Shown: positions 18,534 through 29,271, numbered from the stretch's first letter. The stretch is DNA of 64,000 nt from an uncultured Chloroflexia bacterium (GCA_963847595.1 CAWKAJ010000002.1:1597914-1661913); one strand, 5' to 3'. Numbers and translations: made by a program. Notes: generated from the letters alone by a model not told the origin.

Positions 18534-18567
18534 GCTGACGCCAAACGGGAAAACGCTTGGTTCACAT

Positions 18568-18602
18568 GAAAAAGAGGCCTCGCTCCGAGGCCTCTTTTTT
18601 TA
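18568..18602 (+). terminator. Rho-independent terminator
   Basis: aaaaagaggcctcg-ctc-cgaggcctc followed by ttttttt. Confidence 0.7.
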
Positions 18603-18737
18603 CTTCGTTCGCTTCAGGTATAATGGAGAGCATGAAAATAAAAATTATGCTGGGAAGGGCTTCTTTCATTGCTGTTAGCCGGCGCTTCCCTCACGCCCTT
18701 GGGTTGAGTTCCTCTATCAACATTTGAAGTAGAATTA

Positions 18738-19415
18738 TTGGAAGTTGTGAAAATGAATTGGGACGATGAATATGCAGGAAACAGGAAAATTTGGGGCGAT
18801 GTCCCAAGTGAGTTGGCTATAGTAATGGTTGATTATCTGCATAAAAGTAGACTTGGTGAGAGGCACTTAAAAATGTTGGACATTGGCTGCGGGTACGGTC
18901 GCGATGAAGTATACCTATCGAAACATCTAAACTGCGATATAAAAGCCATAGACAGCTCCCCCAAGGCTATTTTCATGGCCCAGAATACTGTCTCTGAACT
19001 TAATATGGGAAATGTTGATTTCGTAATCTGCAATTTCACTGAATTAGCAGAAGATAAATACGATGTTGTATTTATTTCAAACCTTTACCATTCACTTAAA
19101 GAACATGAAAGGAAGGGGTTGCGAAATAAGATTAAGAATCTATTGGAATTCAAGGGCTTGTTGTTTCTGAATTCCCTCTCTACAAACGATCCGGAGGAAT
19201 ACGGTAAAGGAGCCCCGGTTGAGAACGAGCCGCATTCATTTCAGGGGGGAAAATATCTTCACTTTTGCACCGGTGAAGAACTGCGTAGCGATTTTGATTT
19301 TTTAAGTATGAGTGAGCTTTATGAACATAAATATGATGAGCCTCGTTATCAGGGTAAAACCCATCACCATATTTCGTGGATTCTAATCGGGCAGAAACTG
19401 GGTAGAGGCAGGTGA
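18738..19415 (+). CDS. Class I SAM-dependent methyltransferase
   Basis: LDIGCGYGRD motif I. Lies in a low-GC segment. Confidence 0.55.
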   Translation: MEVVKMNWDDEYAGNRKIWGDVPSELAIVMVDYLHKSRLGERHLKMLDIGCGYGRDEVYLSKHLNCDIKAIDSSPKAIFMAQNTVSELNMGNVDFVICNFTELAEDKYDVVFISNLYHSLKEHERKGLRNKIKNLLEFKGLLFLNSLSTNDPEEYGKGAPVENEPHSFQGGKYLHFCTGEELRSDFDFLSMSELYEHKYDEPRYQGKTHHHISWILIGQKLGRGR

Positions 19416-19419
19416 GAAA

Positions 19420-19905
19420 ATGATCAGACTGAGCAATAAGCAAATTGCAGAGTATTTTCACCGCAGCTACACCGCAGTGGACGGGCTGTGGTTCATGAAG
19501 GTTGAGGGGAAGTACGGATTCGATGCAGCACTCGACATCGACAACGAGGTCTGGAAGGTTTTTCCCAAGATGCAGGCTCGCCTGCTCAAATCCCTGGGGC
19601 AGACGGGCGACGGCATAGACTCGCTCTTCGAGTGTCTTACCACCAAGCTCACCCTGGAATGTTTTGAGTTTAAAGCTGAGAAGAACGACAGCCGCAGTTT
19701 CAATATAACCATAAGTGAATGCCCCTGGCATAATCTCATGATTAAATCGGGCAGAGAAAAGCTTTCCGGCAAGGTGGGAACCCTGGTTTGCAATACGGAG
19801 TACTCCGTTTGGGCTTCTGAATTCGGCGAAGGCATAAGGTTCGAGTTAAGACGGCAAATCTGCCAGGGCTCCAAATCCTGCATACTTCAGTTTAAGTCCG
19901 CCTAA
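19420..19905 (+). CDS. Hypothetical protein (low-GC segment)
   Basis: ORF only. Tightly follows the methyltransferase. Confidence 0.3.
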   Translation: MIRLSNKQIAEYFHRSYTAVDGLWFMKVEGKYGFDAALDIDNEVWKVFPKMQARLLKSLGQTGDGIDSLFECLTTKLTLECFEFKAEKNDSRSFNITISECPWHNLMIKSGREKLSGKVGTLVCNTEYSVWASEFGEGIRFELRRQICQGSKSCILQFKSA

Positions 19906-20098
19906 AGCTTCCTCAAAACACCTCGGGGTAACCCAACATGGGTAAGCCCATCGGCCCATATCATCACGCAAGAGTCCTTAACTATTGCCCCCCAAAGACT
20001 ACCCGAAAAGGGATTGCTAAACGGCAGTGCACTCGCAGTATACTGAAACAAAGAGAGCGAACTGCGAAGAAGGCCCGAGGAAAAGTAAAGGGGGGACA

Positions 20099-21001
20099 AT
20101 GGCTACTCAGAAGTTGGGATGGAGCGGAATCATTCTGTCCGTAATAGGGATAGTGCTGGTGATTGTGGGCATACTGTGGGTAATGGTCATCTTCCCCGCG
20201 CTAGCGCAGATACCCAAGGATTATGAGCGCACCTATTACTCCGACGGCACATTCTCGGCACTGAATTCTGATACTCAGTCGATGGATAGCTTCCCCGTAG
20301 AGCAGGCACTGGCCCAGAAAGCCAATGGCACCAAGGATGGAGCCATGCTTATCCATGAGAAGAGCACAGTTGTCAATTCAGCTACCGGCGCTGACCTCTC
20401 AGCCTATTATGGTGATGAGAGCACTCTTGCAATAGACAGGAAGACTCTCAAGTTTATGCCTGCGGTTGATGAGAGGGGTCGGACAGGATATTGGGCGCCT
20501 CCAATGGGGCTGAGCCCGGCGAGTAGTTTCGCGATCTACATTGATAGCGTGAACGAGCCACTGACGGCTACATACGTGAAGTCCGAGGAACTTCAAGGTC
20601 TTAAGGTTCTTGTTTTTCAGGTGAGTGCGAGCGATGTATCGTTAGGCACAAATCCTCAAAATGGCTTAGCGATGTATTCGAGCACTACAGTTAGTCTCAC
20701 GATAGAACCAAAGACCGGGACTGTGGTTGACCAGACTGCCGCATCTACCACGAGCATGGATATGGGAGGCAATAAGGTGCCTGCCCTGGTGGCTAATGTA
20801 GGATGGACCGATGCAACAGTTTCGGATATGGTGAAAGTTGCTAAGGATGGCCTGGGCATGCTGTTCTGGTTCCAAGCCGTTCTTCCGTGGCTGTTGATCG
20901 GGATTGGCGCTGTTCTGCTTATTATCGGTGCGGGGCTAATGATTCGAAAGCAGAGTATCGGTGCGGGGCTAGTGATTCACAAGCAGAGAACGGCCTGGTG
21001 A
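20099..21001 (+). CDS. Membrane protein with N- and C-terminal TM helices and a central extracytoplasmic domain
   Basis: Start set at MATQKLG behind RBS aagggggg. Hydrophobic helices lie at both ends. Confidence 0.4.
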   Translation: MATQKLGWSGIILSVIGIVLVIVGILWVMVIFPALAQIPKDYERTYYSDGTFSALNSDTQSMDSFPVEQALAQKANGTKDGAMLIHEKSTVVNSATGADLSAYYGDESTLAIDRKTLKFMPAVDERGRTGYWAPPMGLSPASSFAIYIDSVNEPLTATYVKSEELQGLKVLVFQVSASDVSLGTNPQNGLAMYSSTTVSLTIEPKTGTVVDQTAASTTSMDMGGNKVPALVANVGWTDATVSDMVKVAKDGLGMLFWFQAVLPWLLIGIGAVLLIIGAGLMIRKQSIGAGLVIHKQRTAW

Positions 21002-21075
21002 ACTGCTGGTGGGGGCTGATTGGTGGGGAGAGGGGCACGGCACGCCGTGCCCCTCAGTGGTTTTATCTCGGAAGA

Positions 21076-22704
21076 TCAAAAGAGGTCCTTGATATCTTTC
21101 TCGGCCTTCCTCTTTAGCTCCGCGGCATCCCTGAAGCCGAACTCTCTGTAGGACTCGGCTGAGCCGTATTCCCGGGTCTTGACCACCACAGGCATGGGCA
21201 ACGCATGGCCAAAGATTAGCGCCTGCTGCCTGGCCTCCAGCTTGGCCAGCACCGTCTTAAGCTCGCTCTTCCCTGAGGCCCCCATGAGCACGCTGTCTAT
21301 ATCCTTCTCGTTGTCCAGAAGATAGACAACCTTGGTGCCGAGCTGGGACATCACCTCGTCGTCTATGCCGCTGGGACGCTGGTCTATAACCAGCAGGGTA
21401 ACGTTGTACTTCCTCATCTCGCGCGCGATTTTGCCAAAAATGGTCTGCTCTGCCACCTGGGGGTTGAGGAATTTATGGGCTTCCTCGATGGTAATCACCA
21501 GAGGATAGGGTTCGGCTTTCTCGTCTCCCCGGGCAGCTTCCTTACGTTCTCTATACTTATCGTAAATGCGGCGGGTGAGTATGTTGGCCACCAGCACATA
21601 AGCTGTCAAGTCATCATATCTGCCGAATTCGAGCACTACATTGATGCCGCGGTCGAGGTATTCCAGTATGCGCTGCACCGAGTTCTCGCGAGCGTGGGGC
21701 ACCAGGAAATGCAGCCTGCTCAATTTCGCCAGACCACGGCGCAAATTGCGGTAGCTGCTCTCGTGCACGCTCAGCTTGTCCAGCAGGTCTTTGGTATCGG
21801 CGGCCTCGTCCAGCTTCAAGAAGGTATCCAGCCAGCGTTTTTCGCCGAAGTGGCGCGAGAACTGGTACACTGCCTCTACCGCCGGTTGGGTCAGGTTCAG
21901 CGTCTCCCTGAGCAGTTCGATGTCCTCGGGCTCTATCTCGTCGGAGCCAATCTCAACTATGTAGTCGGCGCTGAGTCCACGGCGGCGAGCGCTGTCCTCG
22001 TCCAAGGTGAAAACGGCTACCTTCGAAGGGAATAGCTGCTTCAGCCCCTTCACAAATCTTTTCTCCTCGCTTTGGACCTGCCAGCCATACTCGTTGTGCA
22101 TGTCGAAGATTAGGTTGGCTGCTGCTTTCTTCTGCACCATGCCGATGAGTAACAGCCTGGTGAAGAAGGTCTTGCCTGTGCCGCTTTTGCCAAAGACGCC
22201 GTTGGAGCGTTTCACGAACTCGGGTATGTCGAGGCAGACCTTGGTCTCCATGTCCAGCGGCGTGCCCACATAGAAATGTTTTTCGTCTTCCTGCCCGAAA
22301 ACCCTCTCGATATCTGCTTCCGATGCCTCGCGCACCAAGGAGAAGTGGGCGGGCACCGTCTTCACCGGCTGCGGGCCTTCGAGTATGCTCATGGCGTCGC
22401 CGCTGAGGGTGAGCCTGAGCCCCACATGGATTACACCGTAAGTGCCAGTGCCGGCGATGACCTCGGCGATGAAGGGGTCGGAGACATCGGGCGGCGTGAT
22501 GGTGAGCTGCTGGTTGGTGGCGCCCAGAGTCACGTCGGAAATCATGCCGAAGAAGCGGCATTTCTGTCCCTCGATGACCACGTAGCGACCCACCGCCATC
22601 TCCTCGATGGGCGTGGCGCTATCCAGTTTGACATCAATACCTTCGGTCAGCGAGCCGCCGACCACTATACCCAGACGTTTTCCCTGAGGTGTTGCCTCGT
22701 TCAC
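21076..22704 (-). CDS. herA: HerA-family (DUF87, FtsK/HerA superfamily) ATPase/helicase
   Basis: N-terminal HAS-barrel-like region. Walker A GKSGTGKT. HerA-typical LIFDMHNEYG and Walker B VITIEEAHKF. Confidence 0.65.
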   Translation of the reverse strand: MNEATPQGKRLGIVVGGSLTEGIDVKLDSATPIEEMAVGRYVVIEGQKCRFFGMISDVTLGATNQQLTITPPDVSDPFIAEVIAGTGTYGVIHVGLRLTLSGDAMSILEGPQPVKTVPAHFSLVREASEADIERVFGQEDEKHFYVGTPLDMETKVCLDIPEFVKRSNGVFGKSGTGKTFFTRLLLIGMVQKKAAANLIFDMHNEYGWQVQSEEKRFVKGLKQLFPSKVAVFTLDEDSARRRGLSADYIVEIGSDEIEPEDIELLRETLNLTQPAVEAVYQFSRHFGEKRWLDTFLKLDEAADTKDLLDKLSVHESSYRNLRRGLAKLSRLHFLVPHARENSVQRILEYLDRGINVVLEFGRYDDLTAYVLVANILTRRIYDKYRERKEAARGDEKAEPYPLVITIEEAHKFLNPQVAEQTIFGKIAREMRKYNVTLLVIDQRPSGIDDEVMSQLGTKVVYLLDNEKDIDSVLMGASGKSELKTVLAKLEARQQALIFGHALPMPVVVKTREYGSAESYREFGFRDAAELKRKAEKDIKDLF

Positions 22705-23294
22705 GCTCTAATCCTCCTCAGGATGGCATTGAGCCGATTGAGGTCGCCGCTCAGCAGAACAGCGATTTCCTTGCCTGCTTTTACCAGGAAGGCGCGCCTG
22801 TCGTCCTGGGCGCAGCTCGCCTGCCGCAGGCAGGCGGAAACTATCTCGTCCACCGTCCCTGTTCGGGTATTGAGCAATATGGGCAGGAAATCAAGCGATT
22901 GAGTGAAGCCGCGTACCTCGTCCTTTTCGCAGAGATAGACGAAGCTGTGGACGCGGGGTGGGCGGGGCGGCAGGTAATGCAGGGGCACAGCGCGCTGTGC
23001 CCCTACGCTGTGTCCGATGACAAGAGTATCGAATGTGGTGCGTAGCAGCTTGGAAAGCTGCGGATTTTGACGATAAATACTCTCCTCGGTGGCTTCCTCC
23101 CTGCCCCGCGCTATGGGACGGCGGTTTGGCTCTATGCTCTCCGTGGCGGCGTTGCAGACCACGCCGTAAATCTCTACATCGCCGTCGCTGGTCTTAACCA
23201 GGCTGCCCAGGGGTGGGGGGGAGTGCAATTCATAGCATTCTGCCACGAACTGCCCTGTGCTGGCCTCGATGACCTCGCCTATCTTGTCTGGCAA
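22701..23294 (-). CDS. Hypothetical protein with HAS-barrel-like N-terminus (IGEVIEASTGQF..VKTSDGDVEIYGVV), overlapping the herA start
   Basis: ORF with a 4-nt overlap to herA. No other motifs recognised. Confidence 0.35.
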   Translation of the reverse strand: MPDKIGEVIEASTGQFVAECYELHSPPPLGSLVKTSDGDVEIYGVVCNAATESIEPNRRPIARGREEATEESIYRQNPQLSKLLRTTFDTLVIGHSVGAQRAVPLHYLPPRPPRVHSFVYLCEKDEVRGFTQSLDFLPILLNTRTGTVDEIVSACLRQASCAQDDRRAFLVKAGKEIAVLLSGDLNRLNAILRRIRA

Positions 23295-23866
23295 ATCAGT
23301 TCTCCTCGCGGTTTGAGTTCATTCATCTGCCTGTCCGGATTATTTTCGTCCACATTCCATTTTACAGGGTTGTCAAGGGTGTATTGGCGGATATCGTTCA
23401 AATCATGTTCGTTGCGGATGACGTGTTCATAGTAATTGCGCTGCCATCTAAAATCGAGATGTCCAGCGCGGCGACAGCGGGTTGTCACTGCGGCTTTATA
23501 GGTACGCATAATTATGGCCAGCTTATTTCGCTGTGGGGAGATGGTAGAAAATCGGTTGTTGGTAATACGGATTGTAGGGGCGTTCAATTGAACGCCCCTA
23601 CGGAGGGCAATGAAGACGATTCCGTGTAAATGATTTGGCATGATAATCCATTCATCCAATTGAACATTTGGAAAATGGTTGGGAATTTCTATCCAACATT
23701 GTTCTGCAATGGCACGGATTTTCTTCTTTTCGAACAGTAACGCCTTATTATGTGTGCAAATGGTCACAAAATACGCCCCTTCCTGGGAATAGTCGTAATC
23801 CTCTAAACGGAGGGAATGGCGCTGGCGCTGTTCTATGTCGGGTGCCAATTTTGACCTCAAATCCAC
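23279..23866 (-). mobile_element. REP-associated tyrosine transposase (RAYT / TnpA_REP, IS200-like Y1 HUH enzyme). Non-ATG start (GTG 23866 or TTG 23849).
   Basis: DYDYSQEGAYFVTICT N-terminus. HuH motif MPNHLHGIV. Catalytic Tyr motif WQRNYYEHVIRNE. Confidence 0.7.
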
Positions 23867-25065
23867 CTCGTCTTCTTGCTGCGGCTTTTGGCAGAGGTGG
23901 CGGTGGGCAGGCGCCTTTCGGACAGGGCCAGTTCGACCAAATATTGGAACTGTTCGCGGTCGGCGCCGGTTACCACTGCCTGCTCGTGCGCCTCGCTCAA
24001 AGCCACCGGATAGCCCTGGCCGCGGCGGCACTGGTCGAGGACTAGCGTGTGAACCAAATCAACCAGCCCCCGCTCCTCAACCCATCGTGGGAACTCGACT
24101 CGCCCTATCTCTTCATCGCCCTTCAAGTAGAAGAAGCGGACCTCATTTTCTCCGTAATGCTTCTGCACCACCGAGGAACGGCTGATGAATGTCGCCGACC
24201 TCTCGCCCGGCTCAAGGATTCGGGCGAAGATGGCGCTGTCCTGTACGCCATCAACCGCTTCACACACCTTTTTCGATGAGGGCACGCTGCGGGAACAGTT
24301 GCGGTCGCAGTCGGGCGGGTCGTAAGGACATACCGCTACCCTGAGTGCGTTCACCACATCGGTACTCCGGGGGAAGCTGATGTAGCTTGCCAGAGCCAGC
24401 CTGGTTTTCTGGCCAGTCTCCTTGATTTTGTTCACAGCCCGAAGGAATCCGTTCTCCAGCAGTTCTCTCTTTACGTAGTCCGGGTAAGCCTGCCCCGCTA
24501 GCCCCCACATGATGAGCGAGCCGTCGATCAAGGCTAGCGCCGGCAATTGGGGAGGAAGCCCCTCGCATAGCTCTGCCAGAGCTTCAATCTCGGCTACAGC
24601 GCGTTTTATGCCCAGCAGATCCCGCTCCAGAGCTTGTTCGCCGCTGCCCAACGGGTCGGCTATGGTCAAGTCTTGGCGGCTGGCGTAGAGGGCGGGCTGG
24701 CTGCGGAGTGCAGCATCAGGCTTCTGGCCGTAGCGCAACACCACGCTGCCGATGTTTATCAGGCAACACCTCGCTGCGCTATGTCGGTCGACATCTATAT
24801 GGGAGCCGTCTACAGCGATGACTGCGAAGTCGGATGGGCATTCTCCGGATTTGTGGCTGCCTGTGAGCTCATTAGTTAGCCCGGCCACTAACCAGGTGGT
24901 CTTGCTGCTCTCGATCCTCTTTTTGAGCGGGTCAAGCGCGGTAGATTTCAGGCGCAGTGTCTCCAGGGCGTGGACGAGGTGGGCTTCTTTGTCCTTCTGC
25001 TCTGCTTTGAGGTCTGCAGCCATGCCTTCGATCTGGGCTGCTACTTTGTTGAGGTCTAATGACAT
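23857..25065 (-). CDS. nurA: NurA-family 5'-3' nuclease
   Basis: AVDGSH and LIDGSL motifs. Length and position next to herA. Confidence 0.6.
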   Translation of the reverse strand: MSLDLNKVAAQIEGMAADLKAEQKDKEAHLVHALETLRLKSTALDPLKKRIESSKTTWLVAGLTNELTGSHKSGECPSDFAVIAVDGSHIDVDRHSAARCCLINIGSVVLRYGQKPDAALRSQPALYASRQDLTIADPLGSGEQALERDLLGIKRAVAEIEALAELCEGLPPQLPALALIDGSLIMWGLAGQAYPDYVKRELLENGFLRAVNKIKETGQKTRLALASYISFPRSTDVVNALRVAVCPYDPPDCDRNCSRSVPSSKKVCEAVDGVQDSAIFARILEPGERSATFISRSSVVQKHYGENEVRFFYLKGDEEIGRVEFPRWVEERGLVDLVHTLVLDQCRRGQGYPVALSEAHEQAVVTGADREQFQYLVELALSERRLPTATSAKSRSKKTRWI

Positions 25066-25126
25066 CTCTGCTACTCTTTAGTGGCGAGTATAGCACAAGG
25101 TGCTTTCTAATGACAATCGAATTTAT

Positions 25127-25333
25127 GAACCCCCTTTATCCCCCAGTCTTGGGGGATAAAGGGAATTGGGGGATACCCCCAAACCCCCAGCAAAGGGCTT
25201 TGCCCTCTGCGCTCCCTGGTAACTGGGACTTGGAAGAGGTTTTATAAAGGGCTTTTTGACCCCCTTTATCCCCCTCCTTCCTAAAAGGGGGCGGGGGAAT
25301 TTGAAATATGGGGGACACCCCCATCCGCCAGAC
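25127..25333. repeat. Dispersed hairpin-rich intergenic repeat, copy D
   Basis: tatcccccagtcttggggg..ttgggggatacccccaaacccccagcaaagggctttgccctctgcgctcc.. lies in the divergent nurA/ftsH region. Confidence 0.6.
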
Positions 25334-25409
25334 AACGAAGCCCATGACTATTTTCTCTTTTAAGTTCTTTTACATTTGTGATATAATTTATTGTCAAATA
25401 GGTGGGAAG

Positions 25410-27560
25410 ATGCCAAAGATTTCTCGAAGCTTAATTATCTGGCTCATCGTGCTGGCGGTGGTGATAGCCGTATTCTTCACCCTGATGACACCAGGCACCA
25501 AGACAGTTACACTTACGTCGTCGGAGATGATCACCGATTTGCAGCAGGGGATAAACCCCGCGGGCGGGAACTATACCGCTCCGGCTACTCTTACCATTAA
25601 AGACACGTCGCTGACAGCGGTGATAGAGGGCAAGACCTATACCACGACTGTTCCCTCGAACTTTGATGCTTTTCAGGTCTTTGCCTCTCAGATCGGAAAT
25701 GGCACTGTGACCGTCAACTACCAGGGCGCAAGCCGCTGGAGCAGTTGGGGCACGATTCTGATCAACTTCCTGCCACTGATTCTCTTCGGCGCACTCATCA
25801 TATTCATGCTGCGTCAGGCGCAGGGAGGCTCAAACCAGGCGCTCTCCTTCGGCAGGAGCCGGGCGCGCATGGTCAGCGGAGATAAACCTACCGTGACCTT
25901 CGGCGATGTAGCCGGTGTCGATGAGGCGAAGCAAGAGTTGCAGGAGATAGTGGAGTTCCTGAAATTCCCGGAGAAATTTATCGCTCTGGGCGCACGTATA
26001 CCGCGAGGCGTGTTGCTGGTTGGTCCTCCCGGAACGGGCAAGACTCTGCTGGCCCGCGCTGTCGCGGGGGAGGCAGGGGTTCCCTTCTTCTCCATCAGCG
26101 GCAGTGAGTTTGTGGAGATGTTCGTCGGCGTGGGCGCCTCCCGTGTACGTGACCTCTTCGATCAGGCCAAGCGCAATGCGCCTTGCATTATCTTCGTGGA
26201 TGAAATAGACGCTGTGGGCCGTCACCGGGGCTCCGGCTTGGGCGGCGGGCATGACGAAAGGGAGCAGACTCTGAACCAGATACTGGTGGAGATGGATGGG
26301 TTCGATTCCAGCACCAAGGTCATCGTCATCGCGGCTACCAACCGCCCTGATATCCTCGACCCGGCGCTGCTGCGCCCCGGCAGGTTCGACCGACGTGTGA
26401 TTCTGGATCAACCTGACATCGTTGGCCGCAAGGCAATCCTTCAGGTTCATGCCAAGGGTAAGCCCCTGGAGCCAACAGTTGACCTGGAGGTCATTGCCAA
26501 GCAGACGCCTGGTTTCAGCGGCGCCGACCTGGCCAACTTGGTAAACGAGGGTGCTATTCTGGCAGCCAGGCGCAACAAGAAGAAGATTGGCTTGAGCGAG
26601 TTGGAGGAAGCTATAGACCGCGTCCTGCTTGGGCCGGAGCGGAAGAGCCGTGTCATCAACATGAAAGAAAAGGAGATTATCGCCTACCATGAGGCAGGGC
26701 ATGCCCTGGTAGCCCGCAATCTGCCTAACGCTGACCCGGTGCACAAGGTATCCGTTGTAGCTCGAGGCATGGCTGGTGGCTATACCAAGCAGCTACCCAC
26801 CGAGGACCGCCGTCTTCACTCTGTAAGCCAGTTACGGGACATACTTACTACTCTCATGGGTGGACGGGCTGCTGAGGAGCTTATCTTCGGGAAGGCGGAA
26901 GTGACCACCGGGGCACACAGCGACCTGGAGCAGGTCACTGCAATTGCCCGCGGCATGGTAAAAGAGTACGGCATGAGCGAGGAGCCACGCTACGAAGAGA
27001 TGCCTATTAGCACTGTTATGGAGGAGATTCTGGCAGGCAACATCGAGGCTATCGAAGTGTATGGCGACGACCTTCTAGTTCGAACAAAAGACAAACGTAT
27101 ATTCCGCTCCCGAAAGGAGGCGGACTTCAGCCTGGTGGAATTCTTGCGAGAGCGGGGAGCCAATACAGGTTCTGACGGAGTTCAGGTCATTGTCAAGGAC
27201 TTGAGCAGCTTAGGTGGTCTGGGGCCGCGCACCTTCGGCCGCAGGGAGGAGTTGGTCTTTCTGGGCAGGATGGTTGATGAGCAGAAGGACTACGGCGACA
27301 AGGTAGCTGACTCAATCGACGCTGAGATGAAGTCACTTATAGACACCGCTTACGCTCAAGCAAAAGACATACTGACCAAGAATAAGGCCAAGCTGGTTCA
27401 GATCGCTGAGCGCTTGATTGCTGAAGAAACGCTCGAGGGTGACAAACTCGAGGCGCTGTTCAATGAGCCTGTGCCCTCTGCTACGCCGGATGCTGGTTCG
27501 GCTGACGGCGAGCCCGACGCTGCAAAGGGTGACTCGACAGGCCAAGCGGCTGTAAATTAG
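25410..27560 (+). CDS. ftsH: ATP-dependent zinc metalloprotease FtsH
   Basis: Two TM helices, AAA Walker [12 protein letters not shown] motif, HEAGH zinc site. Confidence 0.9.
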   Translation: MPKISRSLIIWLIVLAVVIAVFFTLMTPGTKTVTLTSSEMITDLQQGINPAGGNYTAPATLTIKDTSLTAVIEGKTYTTTVPSNFDAFQVFASQIGNGTVTVNYQGASRWSSWGTILINFLPLILFGALIIFMLRQAQGGSNQALSFGRSRARMVSGDKPTVTFGDVAGVDEAKQELQEIVEFLKFPEKFIALGARIPRGVLLVGPPGTGKTLLARAVAGEAGVPFFSISGSEFVEMFVGVGASRVRDLFDQAKRNAPCIIFVDEIDAVGRHRGSGLGGGHDEREQTLNQILVEMDGFDSSTKVIVIAATNRPDILDPALLRPGRFDRRVILDQPDIVGRKAILQVHAKGKPLEPTVDLEVIAKQTPGFSGADLANLVNEGAILAARRNKKKIGLSELEEAIDRVLLGPERKSRVINMKEKEIIAYHEAGHALVARNLPNADPVHKVSVVARGMAGGYTKQLPTEDRRLHSVSQLRDILTTLMGGRAAEELIFGKAEVTTGAHSDLEQVTAIARGMVKEYGMSEEPRYEEMPISTVMEEILAGNIEAIEVYGDDLLVRTKDKRIFRSRKEADFSLVEFLRERGANTGSDGVQVIVKDLSSLGGLGPRTFGRREELVFLGRMVDEQKDYGDKVADSIDAEMKSLIDTAYAQAKDILTKNKAKLVQIAERLIAEETLEGDKLEALFNEPVPSATPDAGSADGEPDAAKGDSTGQAAVN

Positions 27561-27619
27561 GATTAGAGGCGGCGGCATGCCATGCCTCCGCGGTCACTAT
27601 CTAGCCCCCAAGAGATATC

Positions 27620-28411
27620 ATGAGCACCATATTCTCATCACAGGAATTCACCAGAGAAGTCAAGGCAGCAGCGATAGCTAATGGTGCGGCATTGGTTGGA
27701 GTGGCAGCTATCGAATCCATTCCGCCTTGCAAGCCTCCGCTGCCGGTGACCAAGGTGATGCCAGAGGCACGCAGTGTTGTGGTTTTCGCAATACCTATGC
27801 TGCGCGGGTCTATCGAAAGCCCGAGTCTATTTTCTGCCATGATATCTACACATGCAACCTATAAGGAAGAGGAAATATTAGAGCTCAGGTTGGGCAGACT
27901 CTTAGAGGAGCGGGGATACCGGGCCGCCATGATAGTACCGGCATCACCCATCGAGATGAGTAGAGAGACTAAGGGACTGTTGGGGGATATCTCTCTCCGT
28001 CATGCTGCTGTAGGGGCTGGCCTGGGAACAATAGGCAAGAGCCGGCTGCTGCTCACGCGTAGATGGGGGCCGAGAGTGCGCTTAGGAGCTGTGGTTACTA
28101 ATGCCCCGCTGGAAGTGGACCGACCGATAGCAGAACGATTTTGTGATGATTGTGACCTGTGCGTGCAATCTTGCCCGGCACAGGCGCTCAATACACATAC
28201 CCTGAAAGATGCGGTTAAGTGTCTCAGTAAGCAGATGAAATGGGGGATGGTTGCGCACATCCAATTCATGCAGAAGCTGATGGAAGCTCCGCCGGAGCAG
28301 CAGAAGGAAATGCTAGGCAGCCCCGAATACTGGAATATCTATCAGGCGCAGAGTGTGGGCTTGCTGTACACCTGCTACGAATGCGTGAACTGCTGTCCGG
28401 TTGGTAGATGA
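27620..28411 (+). CDS. 4Fe-4S cluster-binding protein
   Basis: CDDCDLCVQSCP and C-terminal CYECVNCCP Cys clusters. Confidence 0.45.
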   Translation: MSTIFSSQEFTREVKAAAIANGAALVGVAAIESIPPCKPPLPVTKVMPEARSVVVFAIPMLRGSIESPSLFSAMISTHATYKEEEILELRLGRLLEERGYRAAMIVPASPIEMSRETKGLLGDISLRHAAVGAGLGTIGKSRLLLTRRWGPRVRLGAVVTNAPLEVDRPIAERFCDDCDLCVQSCPAQALNTHTLKDAVKCLSKQMKWGMVAHIQFMQKLMEAPPEQQKEMLGSPEYWNIYQAQSVGLLYTCYECVNCCPVGR

Positions 28412-28432
28412 AACAGAGTTGTTGAAGGCTGT

Positions 28433-29218
28433 CTACCCGTTCTCTTCGTGCTCCTCCCGTTCCCAGATCGGCCTGGTGAAGTGCTGCAGGTACTCTTTTC
28501 TTATCTCGTCTCCTATCTGCCTGAGCTGTTTTTCCGTCCCCTCGGCAAACTCCTTAAGCTCAGACATGTCTATTTTCACCTCGAGCAGCCTGGTCAGAAC
28601 CCCGAGCACAGCCTGAGAAGACCGGGGGTTCGCCAGCTTGGCAGCGTACTTCACGGTCTCGCCCAGCAGACAGATCCCCTCCAAATCCCTTTCCTTGGCT
28701 GCGCCCAGCAATAGGCCATTCAATCCGGCTACATAGAAGTCGCCGGCCAGCACTACGCCGTGCATTTTTAACTCATCGAGCAGCTCAGGTGACGTAGCTG
28801 CTCCCAGTACCCTCGGTTCATCGGGATGGTGCTCAGTGACGGCGGCGGCCAGGGTGTATATCCTGCTCACCCCGAAACTCTCCGCTATATCTAATATTTT
28901 GCCCACATATTCATAGGCTCCGAAAGGGGGCTGCGCCTCCGAGAGGAAGATCAGCAGGTCGTTCCCCTTGTTTCTCCTTTTCCAATAATAGAAGGCGCTG
29001 TGGGGGAACTCCGGCATCTCGATTAGATTGTCCTTGATGAAAACGCCCCCGAGGTCGAAGAAACCCTGAGGGTCAAGCTCCCCGAGCGGTTTCGCCTTCA
29101 GCTTGTCCTTAAGGTATGTTGCTGCGATCAATGCCACGTTGCCCACGCCGGGCCAGGCGGCAACCAGCGTAGGGTTGACTAGCTTGGGCGTGCGGCGTGC
29201 CTTAACCGTTTCTTTCAA
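28433..29218 (-). CDS. PAC2-family protein (proteasome assembly chaperone-like). TTG start after ggagg proposed.
   Basis: PAC2-like sequence pattern. Confidence 0.5.
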   Translation of the reverse strand: MKETVKARRTPKLVNPTLVAAWPGVGNVALIAATYLKDKLKAKPLGELDPQGFFDLGGVFIKDNLIEMPEFPHSAFYYWKRRNKGNDLLIFLSEAQPPFGAYEYVGKILDIAESFGVSRIYTLAAAVTEHHPDEPRVLGAATSPELLDELKMHGVVLAGDFYVAGLNGLLLGAAKERDLEGICLLGETVKYAAKLANPRSSQAVLGVLTRLLEVKIDMSELKEFAEGTEKQLRQIGDEIRKEYLQHFTRPIWEREEHEENG

Positions 29219-29271
29219 TTTTGTCCTCCCTATATCACTTAACGTGCAAACCCGATAGCTTGTGGAGCCTT

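Noticed and set aside
21953-22561. 202-aa Arg/His-rich minus-strand ORF
   Set aside because: Alternative frame inside herA. Composition is typical of an out-of-frame GC-rich translation.
21076-22704. 542-aa ATPase considered as the archaellum motor ATPase ArlI/FlaI
   Set aside because: Its motifs (GKSGTGKT, FDMHNEYG, ITIEEAHKF, N-terminal HAS barrel) fit HerA/DUF87 rather than the VirB11/TadA-type secretion ATPases. It also sits next to a NurA nuclease.
23230-23300. Search for REP hairpins directly flanking the RAYT
   Set aside because: Neither flank contains the dispersed repeat or a GTAG-type palindrome. Both flanks are coding sequence of neighbouring genes.
25830-26744. 304-aa minus-strand ORF
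   Set aside because: Antisense to ftsH.
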